32,000 bases of DNA from Ureaplasma parvum serovar 3 str. ATCC 27815 (GTDB taxonomy: Bacteria; Bacillota_I; Bacilli_A; Mycoplasmatales; Mycoplasmoidaceae): positions 690,001-722,000 of the forward strand of contig NC_010503.1 in the NCBI RefSeq assembly GCF_000019345.1, in the 5' to 3' direction. Shown here in pieces: positions 1 through 13,794 of this stretch (its first letter is position 1; every line of letters starts with the position of its first letter). A program made the position numbers and the translations under genes. The notes under the pieces are model-generated. The model had not been told where the DNA came from. It did not search any database and worked only from the letters and a program-made list of their open reading frames with translations.

Positions 1-3000
1 CATTATTAACTTTATCAGATATTTCATTATTCTCATTTCTTAAGTACTTACTTAATAATGGTTTTAAATCATTTATGTAAGATAAGTTGATTACTTGATA
101 TGATCCAATTGGTAATTTTTTAATAGAAAATTTGTATTTAAATCGTTTTTTGAAATTAATTTCATCAATATTTTCTTTATTATAATATTTTGCATAATCT
201 TCTTTTGTAGCTTGAACATATTGATTTGTTTTTTTATCGATAACTGGTTGAATTTGTAGCGTTGTAAATTGACCTGTTACATTATTTTGCAATACTAGTA
301 AAAACGGTTTATTTTCACGTTTTGGATCGTGTTTATTTAAGAACTCTTCTGATAAATAAAATTCACGTTCTTGCATTGTATCAATTTCGTTCTGTAGATT
401 ATTAGCTTCTTTTTCTCACGTTGATTTCGAACTACTTGTAGGCTCATTTTTAATTTTTTGATTTAATTTATTAATTTGGTGTTCTAAATCATGAATGATC
501 TTAGCGTCATATTCAGAATAATTAACATCAAACATTGGAATGGCTTTATCTTTTAATTTTAATTTACGTAAATCAGCTCTATTTGTTAGGTGTTGTGGAT
601 TATAAACTTCACTTGTTTTAATATTTGTTGGCGTTACCAATTCACGAATAATATCAGCGTCTTCTTCACTAATATGTAAACGTTTCAAAGCGTAATCTAA
701 TTCTGCTTTATTTTTATAACGATCAAAAAAGTTTTTTGGCGTTCAAGATCCTGTTGGATTTAATTCATAACCTGAGCTTTTATTATTTTTTAAATCAATT
801 CCATCAGGTGTTAAAAATAATCCTAATGCTGAGTCATAAGTACTACCAGCATATTTATCAAAGTTTTGATAAGAAATATCAAATTTACCACTATTTGCAA
901 ATGTCACAAATGTGTTTGGCGGTAATGCTTGTAACTCTAATTTTACATAACCATTCAGATTACGGTCAATTAAATCTTTAATAGCAATTACAGCTTTTCC
1001 AATATCAGCTGGTTCGGTAGGATAAACAAATTTTAAAACAACTTGTTTTTTATCTGGATGTTTTTTCTTATATTTATCTAAATAAAATTTAGCAACTTGT
1101 GGATCAAAACCAGTATCTTTTCGGTTAATATTTTCAAATGTTGAATTTTTAGCAGCAACGTGGTCACTAAAATCATTATTTTGGATTAAAAAAGAACGGT
1201 TTTGTTTTCTTGTTTCATGTGTTTTTTCATCTTTAATAGTATCAATGTATTCACTATCAAAACGTTTATTATCAAATCAATATTCTAAATTACGCCCTTT
1301 TGAATCTTTAATTCTTTGAAATGATGTTCAAGTTGTAACTGGAAAAGATGAAGTTCAACCAGATAATTTTAATATGTTTTCTCTGTTAATAGCAAAAGCA
1401 ATTGCACGTCGTAAATCAGGATCTAGGATTGGAATGTCCTTATTAGGATTTTTTAAATATTCTTGATAACTATCATAACGTGATTGACGATCTAAATTAA
1501 ATTGCATTGCAACCGTTCCAGCCCCTGCTTGTTTTTTCATTAAATCACGCATTTTACTTTGCGCTCAGAATTTTAATTGATATGATGGTGGAACAGTAGT
1601 TGATGAAATCATCCCTTGTTCAAATCAAAGTGATGTAACTTCATTTTTAGAATTAAAATAAATTTTAATCTTATCGCTAATTGTTCAATTAGCTGAAAAA
1701 TAATCTTTATTTTTTTCTAATGTCATATAACCTTGAGGTCCTAAAACAACATCAGCAATATTAAATGGACCGCTTCAAACAAAATTTTCAAGAGTAGAAC
1801 CGAATTTTTCAATTCCACCATGTGTTTCAATAAAACGACGATTAACTGGTAGTAAAGCTTGGTTTCCTAAAATATCAGTCAATAAAACACTAAATGAAGG
1901 TTTTGGAGCATAAGTCTCAAATTCCATTAGTAAATCAAAACGTGAAGTTGGTAATGATTTAAATTTAAATAAATCTTTTGAATTAGCTAAAGTTTGTAAA
2001 TCATCACTTGCCAACTTTTGACGATGATTAAACGAAGGGTTTTCAATTAAATTAATAACAATTTTTTCAGGTGTGTTTTTATCTGGTTTTTTATGATCAT
2101 ATTTAGGATTAAAAATTGTTAAAGTTTTTGACTCATGAAATTTGAAATCCTTATTTTCAGGTAATTTTAAAGCTTCTTTTAATTCTTTATTTGAAATATT
2201 AGTATAGGCTTGACCTGTACTTAATCCAATTTCATAAGCTGCTTTTTTAATTGCCGCAATTTCTAGATCATCAACAGGGTGACCATTTTTATCAAAAGTT
2301 TGGTTTTGGTATGGAACAAAATTAGGATCTTCTTCTCATTGACCTGTTTGCTTATTTAAAATATATGGAGCACGACCAAAAGGGTTTTTATAAGGAACGC
2401 CATGTTTACGAATATATTCTTCTTGAGCATCATTAAAAGCGTTTGTTCCTTTGATGTTAAAACGTAATAAGTGTGAACGTAATTGACTACCAGTATTTAA
2501 GTCTAAAATATACTGAATTGCATCAATGAAATCTTGTGCATTAACTTCTTTACCATCACTTCATTTCGAAGCGCCAAAATTAGTTGTAAATTTTGTTGCA
2601 ACAATACGATTATTTGAATTGTTATAAAAAACTCATGTTGGATCATCTTCACTAACTGTTGGTGCTAACGCTCCAGAATTAATTCCAAAAGATGATAAAT
2701 CAACATATGATGGTGATATTCTCATACCTTCTAATTGTGCATCAGTCATATTATTAAAACCTGCATCAACTGGATTTTTATATTGATTTAAAAACAACTT
2801 TGATATTCCTAATAAGTTACCGATTGTTGAATTTGTTGATGGCGCTTCTTTTATTAAACCATCTACTAGTGAAAATACAATTTTACGAAGCGATGCAAAT
2901 TTTACATAATTCAATGTGTTGATTGCATCCATTGCCAAACCAAAATTACTACCATCTTCTAAATATGGACTAATTTTATTTTGTTCTTTAGTGGTCTTAG

Positions 3001-3091
3001 TTCTAGCACAAGAAGCAATAATCGCAGCAACGGGAATTAAACCAACAATTCCAATAGATAAAAATATAATTTTCTTATTTATTTTTTTCAT
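1..3091 (-). CDS. oppA: Oligopeptide ABC transporter substrate-binding lipoprotein, OppA-like (C-terminus runs off left edge)
   Basis: Track ORFs 416-688, 1355-1552, 1775-2014 and 2633-3091 share one minus frame, separated by TGA(Trp) codons; I saw no TAA/TAG in the stretches checked. N-terminus MKKINKKIIFLSIGIVGLIPVAAIIASC is a signal peptide plus lipobox. Contains an SBP_bac_5-like stretch (DPDLRRAIAFAINRENI) and lies downstream of oppBCDF. Confidence 0.87.
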
Positions 3092-3109
3092 TTTAAACTC
3101 CTTAATTTA

Positions 3110-6100
3110 CTAAACTGAGAATTGGTTTGAAATTCTAATAATTGTACGATTTTTATCTTTTGTATTTTCGTTTCTTGCATAAACTGGTGAAACAGTATAT
3201 GATTTACCGTTTTCAGCAACATATTTGCGTGAACCTAAAGTCATTAAACTTTTTGGGTTTTTTGGATCACTTAAATCCATAACTTCTTTTAGATCTTTAT
3301 CCACAAAATATATTTCAAATTCACTTCCTTTGGCATTAATTGAATCATAACCAATTAATTGGTTAGTGAAATTAGATAAAATTGCATAATCACTTGTTCA
3401 TGAAACATAACCTTCATCTTCTAATGTTCATTTAGAATTAATGTCTGATTGACGTTTTAGATAAAATAAATTATTTGTATTATCTGTGTGAACATCGATA
3501 TATTCTATTTTGCCATTATTTTTATTTTTTATTGCAATTTTTTTAACTTTATCCTTATATTCTTTTTTAAAGAAACCATACATTAAAATAGAATCTTTTT
3601 CTTTATTTCGATAAATTTGAGCTAATGTTCGATCACCAATACCTTTTGATCTTAATATATATAGTCACATTGCTCGAGCACGATCTGTTACTTTTGTTTT
3701 ATTATCTAATTCCAAAATATTTAAATGATCATCTTTAATTGGTTCACGATTGTCATCATAAATCTCTCAATCAATAATTTTTCTTAATCAACGGTCTTTG
3801 AAAAAACCATTATTTGTTAATCTTGTTTTACCGATATATGAATTAGATTTAGGACTTAAACGTGTTAGAAAAGAATATGAATTCAAATTATTTAAAACAT
3901 CACTATCATGAGTTTTTGTCAATGCTAAAAAGTTAGCATTAGATAAAAAGCTTTCCTTAACTTTATTAAAATTACTTTCTAATTCTTGTGGTTTTGTTAG
4001 ATAATCATCAAATAACTGTTGATTTTTTTGATAAACATTTAAAGCCTGATTTGCTAAAACATTTTGAATTTTTTCGTAATTATTTGTTGCAAATAAGGTA
4101 TTTAATGCGATTGTATTTGATACACTTAAGAAATTATTTACTGGAATTAAACGCTCGTTTCATTGTTTTGTATTATCACCACTAAAGACATATTCATTCC
4201 CTGTATTAAAATCACTTAAACCTGAAATATAATTTGGTAGGTTATCTAACTCATTTTGTGAAGGAATAAATACAGTTTGTACATAATCACGTGTTAATAC
4301 CTCAGCAATATTAAATACATAATCCCCAAAAATTTCGTTTAATTTTTCTTGAACACGTTTTTTATTTAATGTTACATAATCTGATGAAACAACAGTTCCA
4401 TCAGCATTTGGAATTTCAGACGATTGAGAAATCCCAAAAAATGATCCTAATCAACCATAAATATCTTTTGAACCACCAGGTATATCAGTATAAATTGTAA
4501 ATCCAAAAGCATATTGTAATAATTGACCAAAGTTTAAAGTGTTATTCTCACGGTGTTTTCGTTCAATTTCAAGTTGAATTCCTTTAATAATTGAATCAAC
4601 AGTACGTACATTTTTTTGGTTTGGTTTTGCTTTTCAAACATTCTGTGGATTACCAGCAAAATTATATGTATCAAGTGGCTCTCCATATGGTGAGCCTGGT
4701 CTTTCATATTTATTACCAAAACTTCTAAATCCATATAAACCTAGTTTGCCATCAAACACTTGTTTGTATTTATCTAATTCAGATGGGTTAAAATCTTTTG
4801 ATTTATAAAATTTAAAAATATCATTAGATTCTGTAAATCCATCAAATAATAAACCTGTCAGATTTTGTTTAAACTCTTCTAGTGTTAGATTTTTATATGC
4901 TTCTTGTTTTTTTATTACTTCATTGAAAAATTTATCAACATCATAACGTTCTTTTAAATATTCATAATCTCATTTACGAACATTTTCATGACTTGAGCTT
5001 AAAGCATTTTCCACAATTGTATATTTAGCTGGATCCACAGACATAAATTCAATTAAAGAAGGAATATCTTTAAATTTAATTGTGTAGAATTTTGATCCAT
5101 TATTTTCAAGTGTAAGAGGAGTGAATGATCCATTATTTGATTTTAGATAATCAAAATTAATTGCTTGTGCTTCAGCAGGCGTTAAAATCATTAATGGGTA
5201 AATTTCTTTTTCTGTTAATTCGTCAAGCTTTTTTAAATGTTTATTATCTTTTCCATCACCTCTATCAACAATCAACTTAATAGTTCCAAATTCATTTAAA
5301 TTTATCATGCTTTTATTAAATAATTGTTCATATGAAGTAATTTTATTTTGTGTAAGATAGCTAGGACGGATACCAATAATTGATTCAACTGATTCTTTTG
5401 TTTTTGTTCTTAAAATATTTTGATATAGTTCTTTTTCTTTTGGTTTAACAAAATATTTATAACCATTATTACCTTCAATTCCAGCGTCAAAATAATTAAA
5501 TAATGTTGTTTGAGCAACTACATTAACATTTTTAACACCGAAACGATCAAACTGTTTGTCATAATATTTTTTAATTTCTATTAATTCTGGATCAAGTTTG
5601 CTGACTTCTTCTTTAGATTTATTATCTCAAATTTTTGATGCATTGTATTGTAAAGTTAATAAAGCATATTTAAATTGGTCAAAGGTTTTATTTGTAATAT
5701 CTTCGCCAATAATTTGCGAAAGAACTTTTTTATAATATGGAACAGATGATGCATTCGCTTTTTCATCTAATTTTAAAGATTTGCTAATGTTAAAATCAGG
5801 GTATTTAAACATCGCATCAGTAATTCGTTCAGCTCATTTTCGTTTTTCATTTGAAGTAAACATTGGGTGATCAAAATATGTTTTTAAATTAAACATTGAT
5901 GTATCAAAATTACCGTTTTCATCTCAACCACCATTATAGTAATTTTTAACGATTAGGCTATTAATTGAATCTTGTATCTCTCTCACTTTTTCATTAAGTT
6001 TTCTTGTGTTAATTGTCCCATCTGATTTTAAACAAGTTGATAAATCAATTACTGGTGTATTGTTTTTGGTTTTAATTAAAATTTCAATATCATCTTTTTT

Positions 6101-8761
6101 GTATGGATGTTTTTTCTTGTGAAGTTTATAAACAATTGCTCTACCATCTTTACTAAATTTAATTGGTGTTCCCATACCATCTTTTAAAATACCATCATAT
6201 TTTGAAAGTCCTGGTTTTTCAATAACACTACCAAATTTAAAATTATCATTTTTTTGTTCTTGACTATTTTGATCATTATAAAAATAATATTCAGCTTTTA
6301 AACGACTTGGATCTTTAATGTCAGGGCCAAATGATGGGTTAACAGTTGCAGATTCATGATCAAATGAATTCATAATAAATAAATCATATGGTTTAACATT
6401 ACGTAATTTTGCCGCCTCAAATAATTCATCGTATTTTTGTAAAAAACGACGTTTTTTATTATAGAAAAAGGCTTTAGGATCATCAGCATTAACGGAACCA
6501 AAAATATCTTTTTGTGTTTCTCAAACTGGATTTTTAGGATCGTTATTTAATGAAAAATTAAAGAATGACCCATCTTTTGTTGGATTATAATCAACATCAG
6601 TTTTTCTAAAGGTAATTCCGCTAGAACGTGCATTTAAATAATCTTGTAATGCCTTACCATTTACATATGATTCATCACTAACTCCCGATCTAGAATCAAT
6701 TCCTCCACCAATAACTGAATCATTACTATCACTAATATCTTTCATGTCTTGTAATGTTTGGTGATGTCCATATTCGTGTGTACTTACATATTTTAAATAG
6801 TTAATACCTGTTGTTTTAAATGCAGGATCAGATTGAGCAACTAATGATAAATAAGGAATTCGATCAGTTACATAAATACCTTCGTATTCACCATTAACAA
6901 CTTTATATGTATTTTTACCATATTTATCTTGAACAACTTCTGTATGAATACCATTAATTTTTTGTAATAAATGACGATTTTTATTTAAAACCTTATCTAA
7001 TAAACCGCTATATGCATCAACATAAATAGTATAAGTTTTAATAATTTTGCCGTTAACAAATTTACTTCCTTGTTTAATCAAACGAGGTGTAAAAACATCA
7101 AAATAATTAGCCGCAACTTTAAGAGTGTTGAAAGCATCATCAAAACTTGAATCATAATTATAACCTTTTGGATTATTTTTAGGTGATTCTAAAATTAAAT
7201 CTTTATCATCTTTTGTTGTTAAAATTAGTTTATTTAAACCTTCGACTTTTGTTTTAGTAATAGTTACCAATGAAACTTTTTTCTCATCATAGTTAACTAA
7301 TTCAGATTCTAATAATGATTCTTTTGATTTATAAAAATGGGGATTTTTACCATTACCATCAATATCATAAATATAAAATTGTTTATTTTTAAATGTAGAT
7401 TCAACATCATAAACATTTTTAAAATTTTGTTTTTGATCAATATAATCATTAAAATTTTTAGTAATTATTTCACGTAAACTTGATGCTAAAATACTATTAT
7501 CATTTTGAATAAATTCATCATTTGAACTTGATTTAGTAGTGAATTCATCCTTAAACATGTAGTATTTAATTTTTTGTTGTTGGCCACCAATGGTTGCATC
7601 AATTAGTAAATAATTTTGATTACCACTTGATTTACCAATTGATTCAAGATCAAGCGAACCACCAAAAGGAGATGAAGCACTAGCATTAAATTCCAAAAAT
7701 TCATTAATTTTAATTTTATTAATTTCATCCATTTTAACGTCGATTTTAGGATTAAATTTTTTATCTTTTGGAATTAACCCTTTAACAAATTGTAATTCGT
7801 TTAAATATGCTTGTACTTTTTGTTTTGCTTGTTGTTCGTTTTGAGCATAAAAAAGATAATTTAATGTTCGATCACTTGCTTTAAGATTTTTTAAATTAGG
7901 AAAATTTAGTGGATCTTTTGTTAAATCAAAGTACTTATCAGCATTAAATAAATAAGTATTTTTTGCGTTTTTTAGGACATCAATTAATTTAACACCACCA
8001 AAACTATGGCTATTATATGCTGAAATCATTAAAGGAATTTTTTGATGATATTCTTCTAATTCTTCTAATGTCATAGCATCTTTATTAACTTGTCGTGCTA
8101 ATGAATCATAAGCATTGCCGGGGCCAGCATTAATATTATAAATTGGTAATGAACCAAAAAAAGCATCTGGGAAGAATTCAATTACTGTTCTTTCTCTTGT
8201 ACCACTATGTAACCCTAGTGTAATTGCGTTACCATTTTGTTGAATTCCACGACTTAATTTAAATTCTTTCAAAGTCAACAAATCCGGTCCTCAAGAAACA
8301 TTTTTAAAGAATCAATTAGTAAACTCAATGAATTCGTCTGGAGAAATACTATTGATATAATTGTTATTGAAAACAATTGGGCCCACTTCTAATCTTAAAT
8401 TTGGTAAGTTGTTGTTATTTAAATTAACAAAATTATCTAAAAATTCAAGATAAGAAATTTTCTGACCTTTTTTATATTTTCCAAAATCAATTAATAATGT
8501 TACTTGTGTATTATTACCTTTTTTTGCTTTAAAATCATAATCAGCAACTGGTTTGCCAAATTGATCCATTAATAAAGCACGATCTACTTGACGATTAGGA
8601 ATTGTCGTATCAAAACTACTGTTAACTTGTAATGTTTGACGTCCAAGTCCACCAGTAGAAACAGCATATAATTTCATAAAACCAACAACAGCACCAGCAA
8701 ATGCACCAACTGATGCAAAAGCAATTGCAATTTTAGCTGATAATTTTAACCTTTTTTTCAT
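3110..8761 (-). CDS. Giant (1883 aa) PDxFFG-family surface protein with HExxH metallopeptidase-like motif
   Basis: Track ORFs 3110-3304, 4970-5308, 5627-5812, 5924-6373, 6521-8281 and 8312-8761 are in one frame; linking segments were read by hand and contain only TGA. N-terminal signal anchor MKKRLKLSAKIAIAFASVGAFAGAVVGF; motif FFPDAFFG (PDxFFG); motif STHEYGHHQTLQDM. Stop TAG at 3110-3112. Confidence 0.88.
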
Positions 8762-8779
8762 ATTGCTTTCGCTCCTTTT

Positions 8780-10099
8780 CTAATATTTTCCTGCTTTTCA
8801 ATTAGCAATTTCTTCATCTGTCCCAAGAATATAATGATCGTTTCCTAAATGAATTCATTTTGGTTGTTTTGTTGGTGTATATTCATGCATGTTAGCATCA
8901 TATACATAACCTAATAGTGATTTTTTTTCTGAATCAATTGAAGGTACAGCTTCCATTAGAGAACGTGTGTATGGATGTAAGAAATTATTAACAATTTCTT
9001 TTGTTGGACCAATTTCTAACAACACACCCTTATTCATAACTGCAATTCGATCTGAAATATATTCAACCATTCGTAGATCATGAGCAATAAATAAAATTGT
9101 TAAATCATATTTAGTTTTTAATTCTTTAAAAATATTCACAACTTGAGCTTGAATTGAAACGTCTAAAGCACTAATTGGTTCATCAGCAATTAATAACTTC
9201 GGACGAAGTGCTACAGCTCTTGAAATCCCAATTCGTTGTTGTTGACCACCTGAAAATTCTAATGGATAACGGCGAAGAACGGTTTCATCTAAACCAACTG
9301 ATTTTAAAACATCTAAAATTAAATGGCGCGTGATGTCTGTTCTTGTTTTTGATTTTCAAGTATTAATATCATTAAAAGCTTTTTGTAATTTTTCATCATT
9401 ATTATCTAATGATAAATGATTTAATTCTAATTCATTGAATAATTGGATTAATTCTTGTTGAGCAGTTTCATTTAAATAATCAAACTTTAAATCTTGTGCT
9501 TTTTCTAAAAAAATTTGTACTTGTTCATTATTTAAAAAATTTTTTGCTTTAAGTTCTTTTTTTAATCCTCGTAAATAATCTTTATAAATTAAACGTAAGA
9601 AAGATTTTTTCAAATCTTTAATATTATTTAATCCTTCTGAAACAACTGTTTCAATATTTACATAAGGATTAAGTGAATTCGATGGATCTTGAAAAATCAT
9701 CTGCACATTATTAACCATAAAATCAGTTAGTTCTTTAGTAACTTTCTCACCTTGTTTAGGCAATTTAATACCATCAATAATAATATCCCCAAAACTATGA
9801 CGCGCTAAACCAATTAACGCAGATCCGGTTGTTGATTTACCAGATCCTGATTCACCAACTAATCCTAAAACTTCACCTTGATAAATATTAAATGAAATAT
9901 CTTTAACCGCTCTAAATTTTTTAAATCCATGACCATAAGTAACATCTAAGTGACGTACTTGTACTAAACGCTTTTTTTCAGGATTTGCATTTAATCGTTC
10001 TATTAAACCTTCAGTAACTGGGCGAATAGTAATTTTGTCTGGTAAACAAAAACGTTTTTTGTGATTAAAAAAGGCTTTTTTCTGGTTTGTATCACTCAT
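8780..10099 (-). CDS. oppF: Oligopeptide ABC transporter ATP-binding protein OppF (439 aa)
   Basis: Track ORFs 8855-9139 and 9356-10099 are in one frame, joined through TGA. Walker A GESGSGKST, signature FSGGQQQR, Walker B-region LLIADEPISALD, H-loop FIAHDL. Stop TAG at 8780-8782. Confidence 0.92.
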
Positions 10100-10119
10100 A
10101 ATTGATGCTCCTTATTTTA

Positions 10120-11640
10120 TTAATTATTTTCTTGTCGTTTTTTAAAATTATTTCATTTATCTAAAATTATTTGTGGAGGTGTATACTTTTCAGCACGTTC
10201 ATCTAATAATGCTGATTTAACACGATGAGTTTCACTTACATGATACATTTCAGGTTCATGTTCAAAATCACGAGTTAATGCATAATCATTACGAATAGCA
10301 AATGCATCACCAACTATGTCATTTAAACGTGATGGAACAGAACCTTTAATTGTTGCTAAACGATCACCTTTATTAACGTCAGGCATTGACATAATTAAAC
10401 CTCAAGTATATGGATGTTGTGGGTATCATAAAATTTCATCACGCTGACCTTCTTCAATAATTTGTCCAGCATACATAATAGAAATATAATTAGCAATTGA
10501 AGCAACCACTCCAAGATCGTGAGTAATAAAAATAATACACATTTTAAATTTCTCTTGTAACTCACGAATAACATCTAACACTAAAGCTTGCACTGTTGGA
10601 TCAAGCGCTGTTGTTGGTTCGTCTAAAACTAAAATTTTTGGATGTAATGAAACAATTGAGGCAATTACAACTCTTTGAATCATTCCACCAGATAATTCGT
10701 GTGGGTATAATTCCATAATTTCTTCAGGATTATTAATTTTTGTTAATTTTAAATATTCAATTGATTTATTATAGGCTTCTTTTCTTGTCTTAACAATTCC
10801 ATTAATTAACATCCCTTCCATAATTTGCTTACCAATCTTCATGGTTGGATTTAATGTTGACATTGGATTTTGAAAAACTGCAGAAATTACTTTCCCTAAA
10901 TAACGTGATTTCTCTCAATCTTTGAAGCTAAAATCTTGAACTTCATTGTTATATAATAAAATTTTACCTTCTTCAACATTGGCATTTTTTCCAGCCAAAC
11001 CATACAAAAGAGAAGTAATTACTGATTTACCAGATCCTGATTCACCAATAATTGCATGGACTTCACCTTCATAAAATTGAACAGATGTATTTCGTAAAAC
11101 TAAAGCACGATCATTGGGTTTTGATGGGTTTGTAAAAGTTAAACGTACATTTTCGATTTCAGCTGCAATTTTTTTAACTGTACCATCTTTAAAACTTTTA
11201 TATTTAACATTTTTTTCAAATTTTTCAAAATCAAAGTTTTTTCGTGAATTAGCAGCTTTAAAAGCCATTGTTTGTTTTTTATGTTTTTTATTAGCTATTG
11301 TAGTTTCTTTTTGTTCACTAATTTCATTAATACCACTAGCCTGTTCATTAATTAATGTTGTTGCTAAGATTTCTTCATTTAAATTTTGATTTTGATTATT
11401 ATCTTTAACATTAATTTCTTCTTCTAAAGTAACAATATCTTGAATATTAACTTTTTCATTAGTTAATTGTATATTAATGTCTTCTAAATTATTTAATTGT
11501 GGTTCTAAATCCACCTCTTGTTCATTTAAACAAACATTATTTGAAGTTAATTTTAAAATTTGTGGTTTTAATGTTTGAATAAAAGCGCGTTGACTACGAA
11601 GATAGTTAATATAAGTATATCGGTTGTTTTTTTGTTTCAT
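10120..11640 (-). CDS. oppD: Oligopeptide ABC transporter ATP-binding protein OppD (506 aa) with long N-terminal extension
   Basis: Track ORFs 10153-10392, 10426-10863 and 10915-11640 are in one frame. Walker A IIGESGSGKSV, signature LSGGMIQR, Walker B ILVLDEPTTALD, H-loop FITHDLGVV. Stop TAA at 10120-10122. Confidence 0.92.
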
Positions 11641-11643
11641 AAA

Positions 11644-12642
11644 TTATCTTTGACGTCTTAATGCGTCTTGTGTGGCACCCCCAACTAATTGAATTGAAGC
11701 AACTAAGCAAACTAGTAAAAATGATGGAATTAAAGTAAAACGTGGATATAAAGTAATGATTGATGAACCATCTGCAATTAAATTACCTAAAGTTGGTGTA
11801 TTTGGTAAAGATAAACCAATAAAAGCAAGTGATGATTCAGCTAAAATAGCTCCTGGAATACTAAATACTAATTGAGTAATCATCATTGGAATTAAAATTG
11901 GTAAGAAATTTAAAATAATTTTTCATGCTTTTGTTCCTAATGTTTTTGAAGCTGCAACCCATAAAAAACTACGAGCACGTTTAACTTGTGAACGCATTTG
12001 ATTAGCCATTGCAATTCAACCAGAAAATGAAATAGCAAAAATCATAACTCCAAATGATGGTTTTAAAATAATTGTTAAAATCATTAAAATGATGATTGTT
12101 GGAACGTTTGTTAAAATTTTAATAATGAATGTCATGATTTTATCAAACATTTCAAAATAACCCATTAAAATCCCTAAAGTTACTCCAACTACTAATTCAA
12201 TAGCAGTTACAATAATAGCAATTCCTAATGAATAACGTAATCCTCACCATAGCATGGCTCATAAATCACGCCCATTATTGTCAGTTCCAAAAATAAAACC
12301 ATCTGTAAAATAATCTAAATATCGTTTATTTGGTCGTAATTCTGTTGGTGATCCTGTTGTAAAAGGAATAATAATTGCCAAAATAAATAAAATAATAATA
12401 ATTGCTAATCCGATTAATCCAGAAAAAGAACGTCCGTATCGGTTAGCAAATTCACGAAAAGGACGAGGGCGCCCTCCCATGTATGCATTATCTCTAAACT
12501 CAATTAAATGACCGATAATCTTTCATTGTTGGTGTTGAAAAGGTTGTAAAAACTTATTTGGTGCATCAGATGTTAATTCATCTATAAATGATGAAGTAAT
12601 ACTTTTTGATTTTTGTTTTAAATATTCTCCAAACTTCGCCAT
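11644..12642 (-). CDS. oppC: Oligopeptide ABC transporter permease OppC (332 aa)
   Basis: Track ORFs 11644-11886 and 12259-12480 are in one frame, extended upstream to ATG at 12640-12642 (MAKFGEYLKQKSKS...), which is preceded by GAGGAGG. Typical C-terminus AESSLAFIGLSLPNTPTLGNLIADG. Confidence 0.9.
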
Positions 12643-12646
12643 AAAT

Positions 12647-13780
12647 TTATTTTCCTCCTCTTCTTATACGTGGATCAATAATTTGATATAAAGCATCTCG
12701 AATTGTATAACCAATAATTGTAATTAATGAATAAATAATTACTAATAATAAAATCACGTTGTAATCTTTTGAGATAATTGCTTCAAAAAATAATGAACCT
12801 GAACCTGGAATTTGAAAAATTTGTTCAATAAACAACGCTCCAACAAATGATCCTAAAATTACAAATGGAAAGAATGTTGCAATTGGGAATAATGATGGTT
12901 TTAAAGCATGTAATCACACAAAACGGTTAACAGTTGCACCTTTTAAATACGCAAATTTCGCATGCATTGAGTTTAATTCACGATTCATTTCAACTTTAAT
13001 ATATTGCACATAAACAATAATTGAACCAAGTGATAATGCTAACCCTGGTAAAATATAAGTCACAAAATTATTAATATCAAACGTAAATGGTAATCCAACT
13101 TCTTTACCAATTAATAACAAGATTAACCCAAATACAAGCGAAGGTACAGCTGAAATTACAGAAATAATAACGGTTGATACACTATCTAATATACCTCCTG
13201 GTTTACGCCCAACAAAAATACCTAAAGGGATTCCAATAACTAGAGTTAATAATACTGAAAAAATTCCAACAGCAAAACTTACTAAATAACGAGATCAAAT
13301 AAATGAATTAATTTCAACCCCTGGGCGAATTGAAGTACTTACTCCAAATTCTCCTCTAAAAATATTTGCTAAATAATTAACATAACGAACGCCTATTGGA
13401 CGATCTAAACCATACTGTGCTAGAATGGCTTTTTTCGCTTCTGGTGATGTAATCCCGATCGTTAAAGCAGATTCTCCAGGTACTGAGTTAATTAAAAAGA
13501 ATGTAATTGTAATTACAATTCAAGCTAATAAGAAAAATTCAGCAATTAATTTCAAAGATTTAATAATAAATGTCATAAACTTTGAATCAAAAGTGAAAAA
13601 ATCGATTAATGGATCAACAACACGATCGCGATCTGCTGCTGTTTTTAGTGAACGACCACCACCAAAAATAATAAAATTATTACTAAATGAATAATTAACT
13701 CGTTTTTTTTGGTTTAATATTGGCAATTCACCATAATTGTTTTGCGATGAATTAGCTTCAAAGCTGTTTTTCTGATTCAT
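12647..13780 (-). CDS. oppB: Oligopeptide ABC transporter permease OppB (377 aa)
   Basis: Track ORFs 12647-12835, 12914-13120 and 13520-13780 are in one frame. Typical sequence FIEQIFQIPGSGSLFFEAI...RDYN-like segment, LPGLALSLGSIIVYVQYIK. Confidence 0.9.
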
Positions 13781-13794
13781 ATAAATCTCCTATT

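Noticed and set aside
736-981. Plus-strand ORF (81 aa)
   Set aside because: Antisense to the oppA coding frame; composition is low-complexity Leu/His/Tyr with no recognisable domain.
2916-3113. Plus-strand ORF (65 aa)
   Set aside because: Reverse complement of the OppA signal-peptide region; antisense hydrophobic artefact.
3988-4185. Plus-strand ORF (65 aa)
   Set aside because: Antisense to the PDxFFG coding frame, no RBS or domain support.
4534-4734. Track ORF on the minus strand (66 aa)
   Set aside because: Frame differs from the continuous 3110-8761 coding frame, which I read through here without TAA/TAG. It is an out-of-frame artefact.
11114-11389. Plus-strand ORF (91 aa) with apparent TM segments
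   Set aside because: Antisense to the oppD N-terminal region.
13425-13694. Plus-strand ORF (89 aa)
   Set aside because: Antisense to oppB.
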